A stretch of 64,000 nt of DNA. Origin: Candidatus Deferrimicrobiaceae bacterium. GTDB taxonomy: Bacteria; Desulfobacterota; Deferrimicrobia; Deferrimicrobiales; Deferrimicrobiaceae. The notes below the pieces were generated by a model, which was not told the origin of the DNA, did no database searches, and saw only the letters and a list, made by a program, of their open reading frames with translations. Position numbers and translations under genes: made by a program. The stretch spans positions 32,001 to 96,000 of the forward strand of contig CAWBVY010000009.1 of the NCBI GenBank assembly GCA_963792415.1. Reading direction: 5' to 3'. Each line of letters opens with the position of its first letter. The first letter of the stretch is position 1. This document shows, in pieces, positions 41,431 through 53,270 of this stretch.

Positions 41431-42366
41431 ATGACCAGGTCGCGATCCGTTTTCAATGTCGTTCTGTCCGGACTGGTGGCGCTGCTCGTCGCGGCCGTCG
41501 TCCCTTCGGCCGTTTCCGCCGCTTCCTGCCGCTGGAAAGACCCGACCGTGCTTCGGAACATCGAATACAGAGAAATCTACGGGAACGCGATACCCCTGGG
41601 GGACGGCGTCTACGAGGGGAAGCCGTTCGTCCCCGGAGGTGCGTCCCGGCCTCGGGTGGAACTGCTCGCCATGCCTCCCGTGCTCCAGGACCTGGACGGG
41701 GACGGGATCGATGACGCCGCCGCACTGCTGGCGGAAAGCTCCGGCGGGAGCGGGGTGTTTACCTACCTGGCCGTCGTTTCCTGCCGGGACGGCAGGGCGG
41801 TCAACATCGGAACCATCGGTCTCGGGGACCGCGTCATGATCCGCTCCATGGCCGGCCGGGAGGGCGCCATCGTCGTGGAATTGGTCACGGCGGGTCCCGG
41901 CGAGGCCCTCTGCTGTCCGACCCGGAAAGTGCGGAACCGATACCGCCTGCGGGACGGGAACCTTCTCCTCGCCTCCTCGGAAGAGCAGGGAACCCTCTCC
42001 CTCGCCGACGTGAGGGGGGTCACATGGCGGCTCTCCCGCCTGGGACGGAACGAGCGCGTTCCGGAAGGCGTGAGGGTCACGGCGGTGTTCGGGGAAGGTA
42101 GGGTCTCGGGGTCGGGCGGCTGCAACCGGTATTCGGCCGGGGTTGTCGAAACCGGCCCCCTGGAGTTCTCGATCGGCCCCGCCGCTTCCACCAAAATGGC
42201 GTGCCCCGATCCGGCCGGGGGGTTCGAGGACAGATATTTCTCCGCCCTCCAGGCGTCGAACCGGTTCGGCTTCCTCCTCGGGGATCTCGTCATTCACCAT
42301 GGGAAGGGGGATGCACGGGAAACGATGGTCTTCGAACGCGAGGTCCCCCGCGACAACCCGGAATGA
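41431..42366 (+). CDS. META-domain secreted protein
   Basis: Signal peptide; SGGSG.F.YL; W.L, GSGGCNRY, ASTKMACP. Confidence 0.85.
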   Translation: MTRSRSVFNVVLSGLVALLVAAVVPSAVSAASCRWKDPTVLRNIEYREIYGNAIPLGDGVYEGKPFVPGGASRPRVELLAMPPVLQDLDGDGIDDAAALLAESSGGSGVFTYLAVVSCRDGRAVNIGTIGLGDRVMIRSMAGREGAIVVELVTAGPGEALCCPTRKVRNRYRLRDGNLLLASSEEQGTLSLADVRGVTWRLSRLGRNERVPEGVRVTAVFGEGRVSGSGGCNRYSAGVVETGPLEFSIGPAASTKMACPDPAGGFEDRYFSALQASNRFGFLLGDLVIHHGKGDARETMVFEREVPRDNPE

Positions 42367-42424
42367 CTGAAGTATTCCCGTTTCCTGCCGATACGAATCG
42401 GAAGATCCCCGTGGGGGCAGGGAA

Positions 42425-43714
42425 ATGGATTTCTCCAGGCTGAAATATATTTCCACCGATGCCCCAACCACCGATGAGCTGGAACTGCTGAACGAATCCA
42501 GGATCCGGATCTCCCAGGTCATCCGGGCCCGCTGGATCATCCTTGGGATCCTGGCGGTGTACGGGGTCGTTCCCTACGCCATTTTCCAGTACTATTCCAT
42601 CGACATCGGTTCGATCACCACCCTGCAGTTCCTCTTCCCGGTACTCGCCTGGTGCGCCATGGCGATCTATAACGCCTTCTTCCTGTTTTCCTACCAGTGG
42701 TTCGCGAACATCCGTCCCCTCAACCAGGCGCAGCTGCTTCTCGACCTGCTGTTCGTCACGGTCGTGATCCATTACAGCGGAGGAGCGGTGTCGTGGTTCT
42801 GGCCGATGTACCTGGTCGTGACCCTCGAATCGGTCCTGCTGATGGAGAAGTCCTCGGACACCTTCGCCTTCGCCCTGGGGGCATCCCTGGCGTACGGCGG
42901 GCTGCTTCAGTTCGAATACTACGGGATCCTCCCGCCCATGAGCATGCCGTTCGAAAACCTCTCCCTCCAGCAGACCCTCCCGTACGGCGTGACGAAGTGG
43001 GCATGGGTGACGATGACCAACATGAGCATGGCCGCCATCGGCGTCTATCTGATGAAGACGATCCGCCACCGGGAGGAGGAGCTCAAGAAGCTCGTCATCA
43101 AGGACAACCTCACCAACCTGTACAATCGCGCGTACTTCTATTATCGGGTCCATTCGGAGATCCAGCGCGCGAAACGGTACAAACGCTCTCTCTCCCTCCT
43201 CATCATGGACATGGACAATTTCAAGCGGTTCAACGACCGGTACGGACACCTCGTCGGGGACCATCTGCTCCGGGTGCTCTCCGGCATCCTTCGGTCGAAC
43301 ATCCGGCACAGCGCCGGGAAGCCGAGCTACGAACTGGACATCCCCTGCCGGTACGGAGGGGACGAGTTCGCCATCATCCTTCCCGAGACGACCTCCCCCC
43401 AGGCGACGATCGTGGCGGAGCGGCTCCGCAAAGAAATCGCCTTGAAATGCGGGCACGAGATGATGGCGCAGATCCAGGCCGCCACCGGCTCCCTCCCGAT
43501 GGAAGTGCCGGAGGTCACGATGAGCGTCGGCGTGGCCTCCTTCCCCGAACACGCGTCGATGACGGAAGCGCTGGTGAAGGCGGCCGACGACGCCATGTAC
43601 GTGTCAAAACGGTCGGAAAAGAACAAGGTGGTCGTATCGGAAACGGTGGCATCTCCCCCCGGCGCTTCTCCACTTGCGGGGGGAGTTCTCCGCACCGCGG
43701 CAATCCGAGAATAA
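42425..43714 (+). CDS. Membrane-bound diguanylate cyclase
   Basis: Multiple TM segments; DNLTNLYNR, DMDNFKRFNDRYGH..GD, RYGGDEF, AD.AMY.SK. Confidence 0.93.
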   Translation: MDFSRLKYISTDAPTTDELELLNESRIRISQVIRARWIILGILAVYGVVPYAIFQYYSIDIGSITTLQFLFPVLAWCAMAIYNAFFLFSYQWFANIRPLNQAQLLLDLLFVTVVIHYSGGAVSWFWPMYLVVTLESVLLMEKSSDTFAFALGASLAYGGLLQFEYYGILPPMSMPFENLSLQQTLPYGVTKWAWVTMTNMSMAAIGVYLMKTIRHREEELKKLVIKDNLTNLYNRAYFYYRVHSEIQRAKRYKRSLSLLIMDMDNFKRFNDRYGHLVGDHLLRVLSGILRSNIRHSAGKPSYELDIPCRYGGDEFAIILPETTSPQATIVAERLRKEIALKCGHEMMAQIQAATGSLPMEVPEVTMSVGVASFPEHASMTEALVKAADDAMYVSKRSEKNKVVVSETVASPPGASPLAGGVLRTAAIRE

Positions 43715-44051
43715 CCCGGATTCACCCGAAACAGCCGGAGTATCGGACGGGAAGGTGTCGCAGGGGCGCGGGAATAGAAAGGCGCCGAGTCGGTGGCCGG
43801 TTTGTCGGATTCGGCCTGACGCAGCGCCCGTTCCAGCGCCTTGGCGGTGGTCAGGAATCCATTCCTGGTCGCCACAGCGTTGGGGAGGGCGGTCATTCCG
43901 CCCTCGATTCAATTATCATCCCTCCGGGGCCGGACATCAACCTGAAAATCAATCCTCCCGAGCGGCCCGCGAGACGGGGAGTGCGGGTTTCCGCCTGCGG
44001 CCCCGTTGACCGTTTACCGTCCCATGCGGGAGCGGAGCGCGGGGAAACGCA

Positions 44052-45734
<1,683 letters not shown>

Positions 45735-45841
45735 TCACTCCGTCACGGCGGGTTGGTTGCTCGGGAATATCCGTCCGACCGGATCCCCCGTCTACCATGA
45801 TAAACTTAATTTGCATCCATGGATCCAATAAGGAGGGGGCA

Positions 45842-46393
45842 ATGAAACAATATCGAATTGCCGTTGTCGTAGGCAGTCTTCGCAAGGAGTCGTTCAACCG
45901 CAAGCTTGCCGACGCCGTCGCGAAGCTGGCGCCGCCCGATTTCTCGTTCCACCAGGTGCCGATCGGCGACCTGCCGCTCTACAACCAGGACGACGACGCG
46001 GGCCCGGCCGACGCCGTCAAGCGGCTGAAGAGCGAAATCACCGCTTCCCAGGGCCTCCTGTTCGTCACCGCCGAATACAACCGCTCGATCCCCGGGGTGC
46101 TCAAGAACGCGATCGACCACGCCTCGCGCCCGTACGGCCAGAGCGCCTGGGCTGGCAAGCCCGCCGGAGTGTTGGGGGTTTCGATCGGCCCCATCGGCAC
46201 ATCCCTGGCGCAGCAGCACCTGCGCAATGTCCTCTCGTACCTGGACGTACCGACGCTCGGCCAGCCCGAAGTGTTCCTGCAGGCCAAGGACGAACTGTTC
46301 GACGAGGCCGGCGACATCGGGCCGGCCAGCAGAAAATTCCTTCAGAACTGGATGGATCGGTATGTCGCCTGGGTGAAGAAGCACGCTGCCTGA
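45842..46393 (+). CDS. NADPH-dependent FMN/quinone reductase (ChrR/YieF family)
   Basis: VGSLRKESFN, EYNRSIPGVLKNAID, AQQHLR. Confidence 0.92.
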   Translation: MKQYRIAVVVGSLRKESFNRKLADAVAKLAPPDFSFHQVPIGDLPLYNQDDDAGPADAVKRLKSEITASQGLLFVTAEYNRSIPGVLKNAIDHASRPYGQSAWAGKPAGVLGVSIGPIGTSLAQQHLRNVLSYLDVPTLGQPEVFLQAKDELFDEAGDIGPASRKFLQNWMDRYVAWVKKHAA

Positions 46394-46452
46394 GGCGGCC
46401 CGGGGAAACGCTCCGAAGAACTCCGGTCCCCCGGGGGCGACCCGCACCCGGA

Positions 46453-46545
46453 ACGCATGGAGTTCCTCCCCCGGATCAGGAAGAAGATGGCGAAGGCGAC
46501 GATCAGGAAATTGACGACGGTGCCCACGAACATTCCTTCGTTGAA
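46453..46545 (-). pseudogene. mscL: Orphan mscL fragment (TM2 only)
   Basis: FNEGMFVGTVVNFLIVAFAIFFLIR..N matches MscL TM2 pattern YG.F...INFLI.AF.IF. Confidence 0.65.
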
Positions 46546-46590
46546 GGCTCCTCCCCCCCCCTCACGCGGAGGAAGGAGCCGGCCTGAGGG

Positions 46591-46872
46591 TTATTTCTTC
46601 TTCGTTTCCTTCGCCTTCGCGTCCTTGACCTCGATCGTGGCCGCGGTCATCCGGTATTCGATGGTGACCTTGGAGCCGACCTTGAGGTCCCCCGTGACCT
46701 TCGTGTCCTTGCCGCGGGCGATCTCCCACTTGTCCTTCCCCTTCTGCACGACGATCACGTCGTCCTTGAGCTCCAGGACGGGCCCGGTCACCTGATACGT
46801 GTTCGGCGGGCCGGCAACGGCGAGCGAGGCGACGAGCAGCAGTGCGCAAACGAACAGCAGCGTGCGCTTCAT
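46591..46872 (-). CDS. Small secreted OB-fold-like hypothetical protein
   Basis: Signal peptide; YQVTGPVLE...KWEIAR...LKVG.KVTIEY. Confidence 0.8.
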   Translation of the reverse strand: MKRTLLFVCALLLVASLAVAGPPNTYQVTGPVLELKDDVIVVQKGKDKWEIARGKDTKVTGDLKVGSKVTIEYRMTAATIEVKDAKAKETKKK

Positions 46873-47032
46873 CGGAATCCCTCCTTCGGGCATGCGGGGT
46901 GTGATCGATATAAGTAATTATAGTTTGGTTTTTCAACGCGTTGAAACGCATATTTCCGGTCGTCGCGGGTCGGCCGGTTCCCCGGCCGGATTCCCATCGG
47001 GCATTGCGGCGGTGCCGAAGGGGGGGCTCCTC

Positions 47033-47091
47033 CCGCCATGCGCCCCGTGACGAATCGTTCGCCGATTCCGATGCCGGCCTCCCCCGCGCCG
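47033..47091 (+). repeat. Direct repeat C, right copy (intergenic maeA fragment)
   Basis: Encodes [19 protein letters not shown] on the minus strand. Confidence 0.9.
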
Positions 47092-47113
47092 GGGAGCGTC
47101 GGGGCCTCGATCG

Positions 47114-48217
47114 TCACTCCCCGTCTTCCGGGCGGAAAACGGACGCGGTCTCGACGGGAAGCGCCAGGCCGACGACGTCCCCTTCGTTCGGCGCCTCCCC
47201 GTCCGTGAGGACCGTGAGGATCCCCCCTGCGGTTTGCACGGAGACGAGCCTCTCCCGGCCGAGATTCTCCGCGGAGACGACGACCCCGCGGAGGGCGGGA
47301 GGTCCGGGATCCCCGGAAATCCTCACGTGCTCGGGGCGCAGGCCGAGAAGGACCCGACGGGTCCCGAGCCCCCGGACTTCCCCGGCCTTTCCGGGAGACA
47401 GGGCGATGGTTTCCTCTCCCATGCGAAGGTGCAGGCGGCCCTTCTCCTCGAAGACCCCCGCATCCAGGAGGTTCATCGGGGCGGGCCCGATGAACGACCC
47501 TGCGAAAGGCGTCCGCGGCGACTCGTAGAGTTCCCGCGGCGTCCCGACCTGGAGAACGCGCCCATCGCGCATGAGGGCCACCCGGTCGCCGAGGGTCATC
47601 GCCTCCGTCTGGTCGTGCGTGACATACAGCGTGGTGACGGCCAGTTCGCGCTGGAGGCGCTTCAACTCCGCCCGGGTCGCGGCACGCAGGGCGGCGTCGA
47701 GGTTCGACAGCGGCTCGTCGAGCAGGAAGAGACGGGGCTTCCGGACGATCGCGCGCGCGATCGCGACCCGCTGGCGCTGCCCCCCGGAGAGCTCTCCCGG
47801 CCGCGCGCGAAGCAGGTCGCCGATCCCGAGCATGGACGCGGCGCGGGCCACCTCCGCCGCGATCGATTCCTCCTTCCCCCCGGCCACGCGCAAGGGGAAG
47901 GCGATGTTCCCGAACACGTCCAGGTGCGGGTAGAGCGCGTAGCTCTGGAAGACCATCGCCACGTTTCGCTCCCGGGGGGAGACGAAGACCTTCTTCCGGG
48001 GCGCCGCCACCAGCTCGCCGTCGAACCGGATCTCCCCCGAGGAGGGCTTCAGCAAACCCGCCGCGAGGGAAAGGAGCGTCGACTTTCCGCAGCCGCTGGG
48101 TCCGAGAAGGACGAACAGTTCCCCTTCGCGGACCGTCAGGTCGACCCCCCGTACCGCCGGGACCTCCCCGCGCTCCGAGACGAAGGTCTTGCCGATCCCG
48201 TGGAACGTCAGCATCAT
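47114..48217 (-). CDS. Sugar ABC transporter ATPase (MalK family)
   Basis: GPSGCGKS, LSGGQRQR, LDEPLSNLDA, VTHDQ.EA. Confidence 0.95.
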   Translation of the reverse strand: MMLTFHGIGKTFVSERGEVPAVRGVDLTVREGELFVLLGPSGCGKSTLLSLAAGLLKPSSGEIRFDGELVAAPRKKVFVSPRERNVAMVFQSYALYPHLDVFGNIAFPLRVAGGKEESIAAEVARAASMLGIGDLLRARPGELSGGQRQRVAIARAIVRKPRLFLLDEPLSNLDAALRAATRAELKRLQRELAVTTLYVTHDQTEAMTLGDRVALMRDGRVLQVGTPRELYESPRTPFAGSFIGPAPMNLLDAGVFEEKGRLHLRMGEETIALSPGKAGEVRGLGTRRVLLGLRPEHVRISGDPGPPALRGVVVSAENLGRERLVSVQTAGGILTVLTDGEAPNEGDVVGLALPVETASVFRPEDGE

Positions 48218-49044
48218 TCCTTGACCGCCCCTCTCGTGAGTCCCGTCACGATCCCCCGCTGGAACGCCAGCACCAGGAGGACGACCGGCACGACCGCGAG
48301 CGTCGCCGCCGCCATGATCATGCCCCAGGGGATCTCCCCGTGCAGCCCCTCGAAGAGCGCGATCCCCACGGGGATCGTGCGCGCGTTCCTGCCCGTGGTC
48401 AAGAGAAGCGCGAACAGGAACTCGTTGAAGGCGAAGATGAACGCCAGGATCGCGGTGGAGAGGATCCCGGGGGCGGCGACGGGAACCATCACCTTCCGCA
48501 GCGCGGCAAGCCGGCCGCAGCCGTCGAGGAGCGCCGCGCGGTCGAGGTCCCGGGGGATCCGGGAGAAGTGGCTCGCGAGGATCCACAGGGACAGGGGGAG
48601 GACCCAAGCCGTGTAGGGGAGCACCAGGGCGGCGTAGGTGTTGATCCAGCCCAGGGCGCTCATCATCCGGAAAAGATAGCTCACCAGGCTCACGGGCGGA
48701 AACATGGAGACCGCCAGGACGAGGAAGAGGAAGGACATCCGGCCCGGCAGTTCCAGCCGGGTGACCGCGTAGGCGGCAGGGGCCGCGAGGGCCACGGCGA
48801 GGATGGCGGAAAGCCCCGATACCACGATGCTGTTCACGACATACTCCGGAAAATGGAGCGACCCCGTTCCGAGCACCTCGAGGAAATGCCCGGCGGTCAG
48901 GCGCACCTCCGCTCCCGCGGAGAGAACGTCGGGGCGGCTCGACGCCGCGACGAGGACCATGTAGGCGACCGGCAGGAGGCAGAACGCCGTCATCGCCGCG
49001 GCGCCCACGGTGTAGAGGATCCGGATCCTGCGCTCCTCGCTCAT
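48214..49044 (-). CDS. Carbohydrate ABC permease
   Basis: IPRDLDRAALLDG, FNEFLFAL, GLTRGAVK. Confidence 0.93.
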   Translation of the reverse strand: MSEERRIRILYTVGAAAMTAFCLLPVAYMVLVAASSRPDVLSAGAEVRLTAGHFLEVLGTGSLHFPEYVVNSIVVSGLSAILAVALAAPAAYAVTRLELPGRMSFLFLVLAVSMFPPVSLVSYLFRMMSALGWINTYAALVLPYTAWVLPLSLWILASHFSRIPRDLDRAALLDGCGRLAALRKVMVPVAAPGILSTAILAFIFAFNEFLFALLLTTGRNARTIPVGIALFEGLHGEIPWGMIMAAATLAVVPVVLLVLAFQRGIVTGLTRGAVKE

Positions 49045-49931
49045 GCGACCTCCCTCCCGAACCGGCTTGCCCGCAGGTACAGAAGGGAGAGGATGAAGGC
49101 GAGGAGGAACAGGACGACGGAGACCGCCGACCCGTATCCGAAATCCCCCCCGACGAAGAAGCGGTACCCGTACAGGGAAAGGGAGGTCGTGCTCCCTCCC
49201 GGCCCTCCTCCCGTCAGGACGAATATGAGGTCGAAGACGCGCAGGGAGTCGATCGTGCGGAAAAGGAGGGCCACGACGAAGACGGGCCGCAGCAGCGGGA
49301 GCGTGACCCGGAAAAACCGCTGCAAGGGGCCTGCCCGGTCCACCTCGGCCTGCCGGTAGAGGTCCTCCGGGATCGCGGAGAGGCCGGCGAGGAGCAGGAT
49401 CGCGACGAACGGGGTCGTCTTCCATGCGTCCGCCGCGACGAGCGCCAGGAAGGCGCCGGCGGACGTCCCGAGCCAATGGACGGGTCCCTCGGAAAGCCCG
49501 ATTCCGGTCACGAGCGCATTCGCCAGCCCGTACTGGACGTTGTAGATCAGTTCGAAGACCCTCCCGGAGACGGCGGCCGGGATCGCCCAGGGGAGGAGGA
49601 CCCCGGCGCGCAGAAACCCGCGGGCGGAGGTGGGGTGTTCGAGGAGGAGCGCGAAGGCGAGCCCCAGCGCCAGCTCCAGGGGGACGGAGACGAGCGTGAA
49701 GAGCCCCGTGAAGCGGAGGGACTGCCAGAAGCCCGGGTCCGATGCAAGGGACCGGTAATTCCCGAGGCCGATGAAACGCCGCGGAAGGAAGGTCACGTCG
49801 CGGTGCAGGCTGTCCAGGACGGTCCCCATCACGGGGAGGAAGACGAACGCCAGCAGGAGGGCGCACACCGGGGCGAGAAAGGCGTACCCTTTCAGGAGTT
49901 CGCGAAGATCGTGGTCTTTCCTCATGTTCAC
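49041..49931 (-). CDS. Carbohydrate ABC permease
   Basis: FIGLGNY, WKTTPF, VTLPLLRP, LTGGGP. Confidence 0.93.
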   Translation of the reverse strand: MNMRKDHDLRELLKGYAFLAPVCALLLAFVFLPVMGTVLDSLHRDVTFLPRRFIGLGNYRSLASDPGFWQSLRFTGLFTLVSVPLELALGLAFALLLEHPTSARGFLRAGVLLPWAIPAAVSGRVFELIYNVQYGLANALVTGIGLSEGPVHWLGTSAGAFLALVAADAWKTTPFVAILLLAGLSAIPEDLYRQAEVDRAGPLQRFFRVTLPLLRPVFVVALLFRTIDSLRVFDLIFVLTGGGPGGSTTSLSLYGYRFFVGGDFGYGSAVSVVLFLLAFILSLLYLRASRFGREVA

Positions 49932-49934
49932 GCC

Positions 49935-51230
49935 TCAATCGTACCGCGACAGGACGTCGCGGATTTCCCTCTGGGCGGCGGCGAGCGCCTCCCCGGGGGA
50001 CAACCTGCCGGCCAGGGCGGCGTTCAGGCGGCGCTGGAGGATTTCCGATACCTGGCTGTAGTACGGCACCACCGGGCGGGGCCGGGCGCGTTCGATCACG
50101 GCCCGCAGTTCCCTGTAGTACGGGAGCCGCTCCGCCACTTCCGGATCGTCGTAGACGTCCATCCGCCCGGGGTTCCAGCCGAGGCGGAGGGCGAGCTTCT
50201 TCTGGATCTCGCGGGAGGTGAGAAAACCGATGAGCTTTGCGCCTTCCGCCGCGGCGTCGCCGTACCGGGAAAGGCCGATATGCCATCCCCCCAGGCACGA
50301 CGTGCCGCGGCCCGGCTCGAACCCCGGGAGCGGGGCGGCGCCCGTCACCCCCTTGACCCTGGAGCCCGGCGCCTGGTGAAGGGACCAGGCGTAAGGCCAG
50401 TTCCGCTCGAAGAGCGCGTTCCCCTCCTGGAAAAAGGCGCGCGCCTCCTCCTCCGTCATTTCCGTGTAGGTGTTCGGCGGCGAGATCCCGTATTCGTGGA
50501 TCAGGTCGCGCATGAACCGGAGCGCCTTGCGGTTCCGGGGGGTGTCCACGATCACCTTGCCGCCGACCGTCTCCACCCCGCCGTCCGCTCCCGCGAACTC
50601 CAGGAAGTCACAGACGAGTCCCTCGTACTGCGCTCCCTGCCAGACGAACCCGTAAAACCCGGGACGATCGCGGCGCTCCCCCGCCTGGACCTTGAGAGCG
50701 GCCTCCTTGAGCTGTTCCCAGGTGGCCGGGGGACCGGGGATGCCGTATTTCCGCAGGAGATCGGTCCGGTAATAGAGAATCCCGCCATCCACGTACAGCG
50801 GCAGGGCGACGGTTCGCCCCTGCCATGTGTCGACAAGTTCGAGGATACGGGGGAAGAAGGCATCCCTCGCGCTGCATCCGTCGCGGCCCAGGTGGGTGTC
50901 GAGGGGGGCCAGCCACCCGGAAGCGGCGAATTGCGCCAGCCATGCCACGTCCATGAGAAACACGTCGGGGTCCCTTTCCCGCGCAAGGAGCGCGACGGAA
51001 AGGGTCTGGCGACGAAGGGTCGTGTCGGTGGGTTGGCGCAGAAGGTCGACGCGGATCCCCGTCCGGGCGGTGAACTCCCGGAGGAGCTCCTCCCAGTAAT
51101 CCAGCTCGGAGGGCGCGCCCCCCACGGCGAACGTAAGGGTCTTTACGGGTGGGCGCAGACCGGCAGGGTGCGCATCCCTGGAAGTCCCCAGCAGAAGCAC
51201 GGCGGCGAGAAGGAGGATCCGGGTCCGCAC
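49935..51230 (-). CDS. Carbohydrate ABC substrate-binding protein (trehalose/maltose-like)
   Basis: DVFLMDVAW, LYYRTDLL, QYEGL, RNWPYAW, LGGW. Confidence 0.92.
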   Translation of the reverse strand: MRTRILLLAAVLLLGTSRDAHPAGLRPPVKTLTFAVGGAPSELDYWEELLREFTARTGIRVDLLRQPTDTTLRRQTLSVALLARERDPDVFLMDVAWLAQFAASGWLAPLDTHLGRDGCSARDAFFPRILELVDTWQGRTVALPLYVDGGILYYRTDLLRKYGIPGPPATWEQLKEAALKVQAGERRDRPGFYGFVWQGAQYEGLVCDFLEFAGADGGVETVGGKVIVDTPRNRKALRFMRDLIHEYGISPPNTYTEMTEEEARAFFQEGNALFERNWPYAWSLHQAPGSRVKGVTGAAPLPGFEPGRGTSCLGGWHIGLSRYGDAAAEGAKLIGFLTSREIQKKLALRLGWNPGRMDVYDDPEVAERLPYYRELRAVIERARPRPVVPYYSQVSEILQRRLNAALAGRLSPGEALAAAQREIRDVLSRYD

Positions 51231-51331
51231 GCGACCTCCGGTACGGTTGCGGGCCCATTCGGCCCGATCGTGATGCCTCGAATCGTATCTTCACCCTGAT
51301 CCGGGCATAATATCAACCGGAGGAGCGTCGG

Positions 51332-51973
51332 ATGCGTGAAGTGATCGAGCCTTTCATCGAACACCAGGGCGAGAAACGCGGCTTCTGGCTCAGGAAGCCG
51401 CGGACCATCGGCGAAAAGCTGCTGCTCGCGAAGAAAGGCAGCCCCCTGCGGATTCCCGGTAAAACCGTGATCCTTCTCGATCCCCGGAGCGCGTTCGGCA
51501 CCGGCGGACACGGCACCACGGAAGGGTGCCTCGCCGCGCTCGAAAAGCGCATCAAGGGGGGCGAGACCGTTCTGGATGTCGGAACCGGTACGGGGATCCT
51601 CGCGATCGCGGCGAGTAAACTCGGGGCCGGTCGTGTCACCGCGATCGACATCGACCCGGTCGCCTGCGCGGAAGCCGTGAGGAACATCGCCTTGAACGGA
51701 ATCGGCGACGGGATCGACGTCATCGAGGGCGGGATCGAATCCGCGAAGGATCGATACGACGTCATCGTCGCGAACCTGAGGACTCCCCTCCTCGTCGACC
51801 TCATGGACAGGCTGACGGAACGCCTCGCCGGGCGCGAAGTGGCGATTTTCTCGGGAATCATGGAGATGGAGCTTCATCCCTTCCTGGCGTTCCTCGATGG
51901 GCGTTGCATGGAAACAGTCGAACTGGAGAGGATCGGCGGCTGGATGACGGTGGTCTCGAGAAAGAGACCGTAG
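51332..51973 (+). CDS. prmA: PrmA-like methyltransferase, short form
   Basis: DP..AFGTGGHGTT, LDVGTGTGILAIA, DIDP.A, YDVIVAN. Confidence 0.8.
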   Translation: MREVIEPFIEHQGEKRGFWLRKPRTIGEKLLLAKKGSPLRIPGKTVILLDPRSAFGTGGHGTTEGCLAALEKRIKGGETVLDVGTGTGILAIAASKLGAGRVTAIDIDPVACAEAVRNIALNGIGDGIDVIEGGIESAKDRYDVIVANLRTPLLVDLMDRLTERLAGREVAIFSGIMEMELHPFLAFLDGRCMETVELERIGGWMTVVSRKRP

Positions 51974-51975
51974 GA
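51929..51975 (+). repeat. Direct repeat D, left copy (3' end of prmA)
   Basis: 41 of 47 match to 55597-55643. Confidence 0.88.
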
Positions 51976-52016
51976 ATACCCTCTTCCGGGTTTTTTCCTC
52001 TCCGGCATTCCGAATT

Positions 52017-53270
52017 TCACAAAAGGCCGGCCGCGTGGGCGATGTTCCGGAGGATCTTCCACTCCTCGCCGATCCGCGTGCGGGCGGAGGCCCACGGGCT
52101 CGGGTCGATCTTCCGGGGCGACCGCCGGGCGCCCACGAGGGCCTCGTAGATCGCGAGCTGTTTCGAGGCGCTCCGCGGCATCGAGAATTCGCGGGCCGTC
52201 GCCTCCACCCCTTCGGCCAAGCGGCGCCGTTCCCCGGGATGCAGCTCCGCTACCCACCGGAGGGCCTCCCGGAAGGCTTCCGCATCGGGACGCGGGACGA
52301 GACGGCCGTTTACCCCGTCCCGCACCACCTCGCGCGCTCCCGGGGCATCGAGCGCCACCACCGGCACCCCGGCCGCCATCGCCTCCGTCAGCACCATCCC
52401 CTGCGTCTCCGTCAACGACGCGAAGGCGAAGACGTCCATCGCCTTGTAAGCGGAGGCGAGTTCGCTGCCTTGCAGCACCCCGCCGGCGTTGATCCGCCCT
52501 GACAGCCCGTGCCGATCGAAGGTTGCGAGAACCTCCCCCTTGGACGCCCCCTCCCCGATCAGGAGGAAACGCCCACTCGGGTACCTCACGAGGAAGCCCG
52601 CCACGGCCTCGGCGAGAAAGCCCATGTTCTTCTCCGGGGCCAGCCGTCCCACGTGGCCCACGACGAACGGGCGGTCCGGGATCCCCGCCGCCCTCCGGTA
52701 GGCGGAACCGTCCGCCCGGTCGAAGAGATCGAGGTCCACACCCGTCGGGATCACGGCGATGGGGGCCGTGACCCCCCTGCGGAGGAGGAGATCCTCGACC
52801 GTCTCGCTCGGCGCGATCACCGCGTCGCAAAGGTTGCAGTACCCGGTCGTGAGATCGATCACGAAACGTTTGAGCTGCGGGGAATCGCCGGGGACGTAAT
52901 GCGTGTATTGCTCGTACATCGTGTGGTGCGTGAACACCACCGGAAGATCCCGGGAGGCCGCGACCCGCAGGGCGGTGTCGCCCAGGAGAAACGGATGATG
53001 GGAGTGGACCACCTGGGGCAGAAACGCCTTCAGGGCCGCGGACACCCCCCGGGTGATCGGGACGGGCACGGCGAAGTCGCTCCCGTTGAAATGCTGCACC
53101 GCGGGCACGCGAACGACGTCCTGCTCCGTCCGGGGCGGCCCCTCGAACTCCGGGGCCACGACGAGGACACGGTGCCCGCTCTCGCGGAACGCTTCCGTGA
53201 ACCTCCGCACGCTGCCGGCCACCCCGCCCACGTGGGGAGTGAACGTGTTCGTAACCATCAGGATGTTCAC
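52017..53270 (-). CDS. GT4 glycosyltransferase (glucosyl-diacylglycerol synthase-like)
   Basis: TNTFTPHVGGV, HSHHPF, GRLAPEKN, ETQGMVL.EAMA; GTG start overlaps the upstream stop. Confidence 0.92.
   Translation of the reverse strand: MNILMVTNTFTPHVGGVAGSVRRFTEAFRESGHRVLVVAPEFEGPPRTEQDVVRVPAVQHFNGSDFAVPVPITRGVSAALKAFLPQVVHSHHPFLLGDTALRVAASRDLPVVFTHHTMYEQYTHYVPGDSPQLKRFVIDLTTGYCNLCDAVIAPSETVEDLLLRRGVTAPIAVIPTGVDLDLFDRADGSAYRRAAGIPDRPFVVGHVGRLAPEKNMGFLAEAVAGFLVRYPSGRFLLIGEGASKGEVLATFDRHGLSGRINAGGVLQGSELASAYKAMDVFAFASLTETQGMVLTEAMAAGVPVVALDAPGAREVVRDGVNGRLVPRPDAEAFREALRWVAELHPGERRRLAEGVEATAREFSMPRSASKQLAIYEALVGARRSPRKIDPSPWASARTRIGEEWKILRNIAHAAGLL

Noticed and set aside
43327-43896. Minus-strand ORF starting in the spacer after the diguanylate cyclase
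   Set aside because: Overlaps the cyclase antisense for most of its length and has no recognisable motif.
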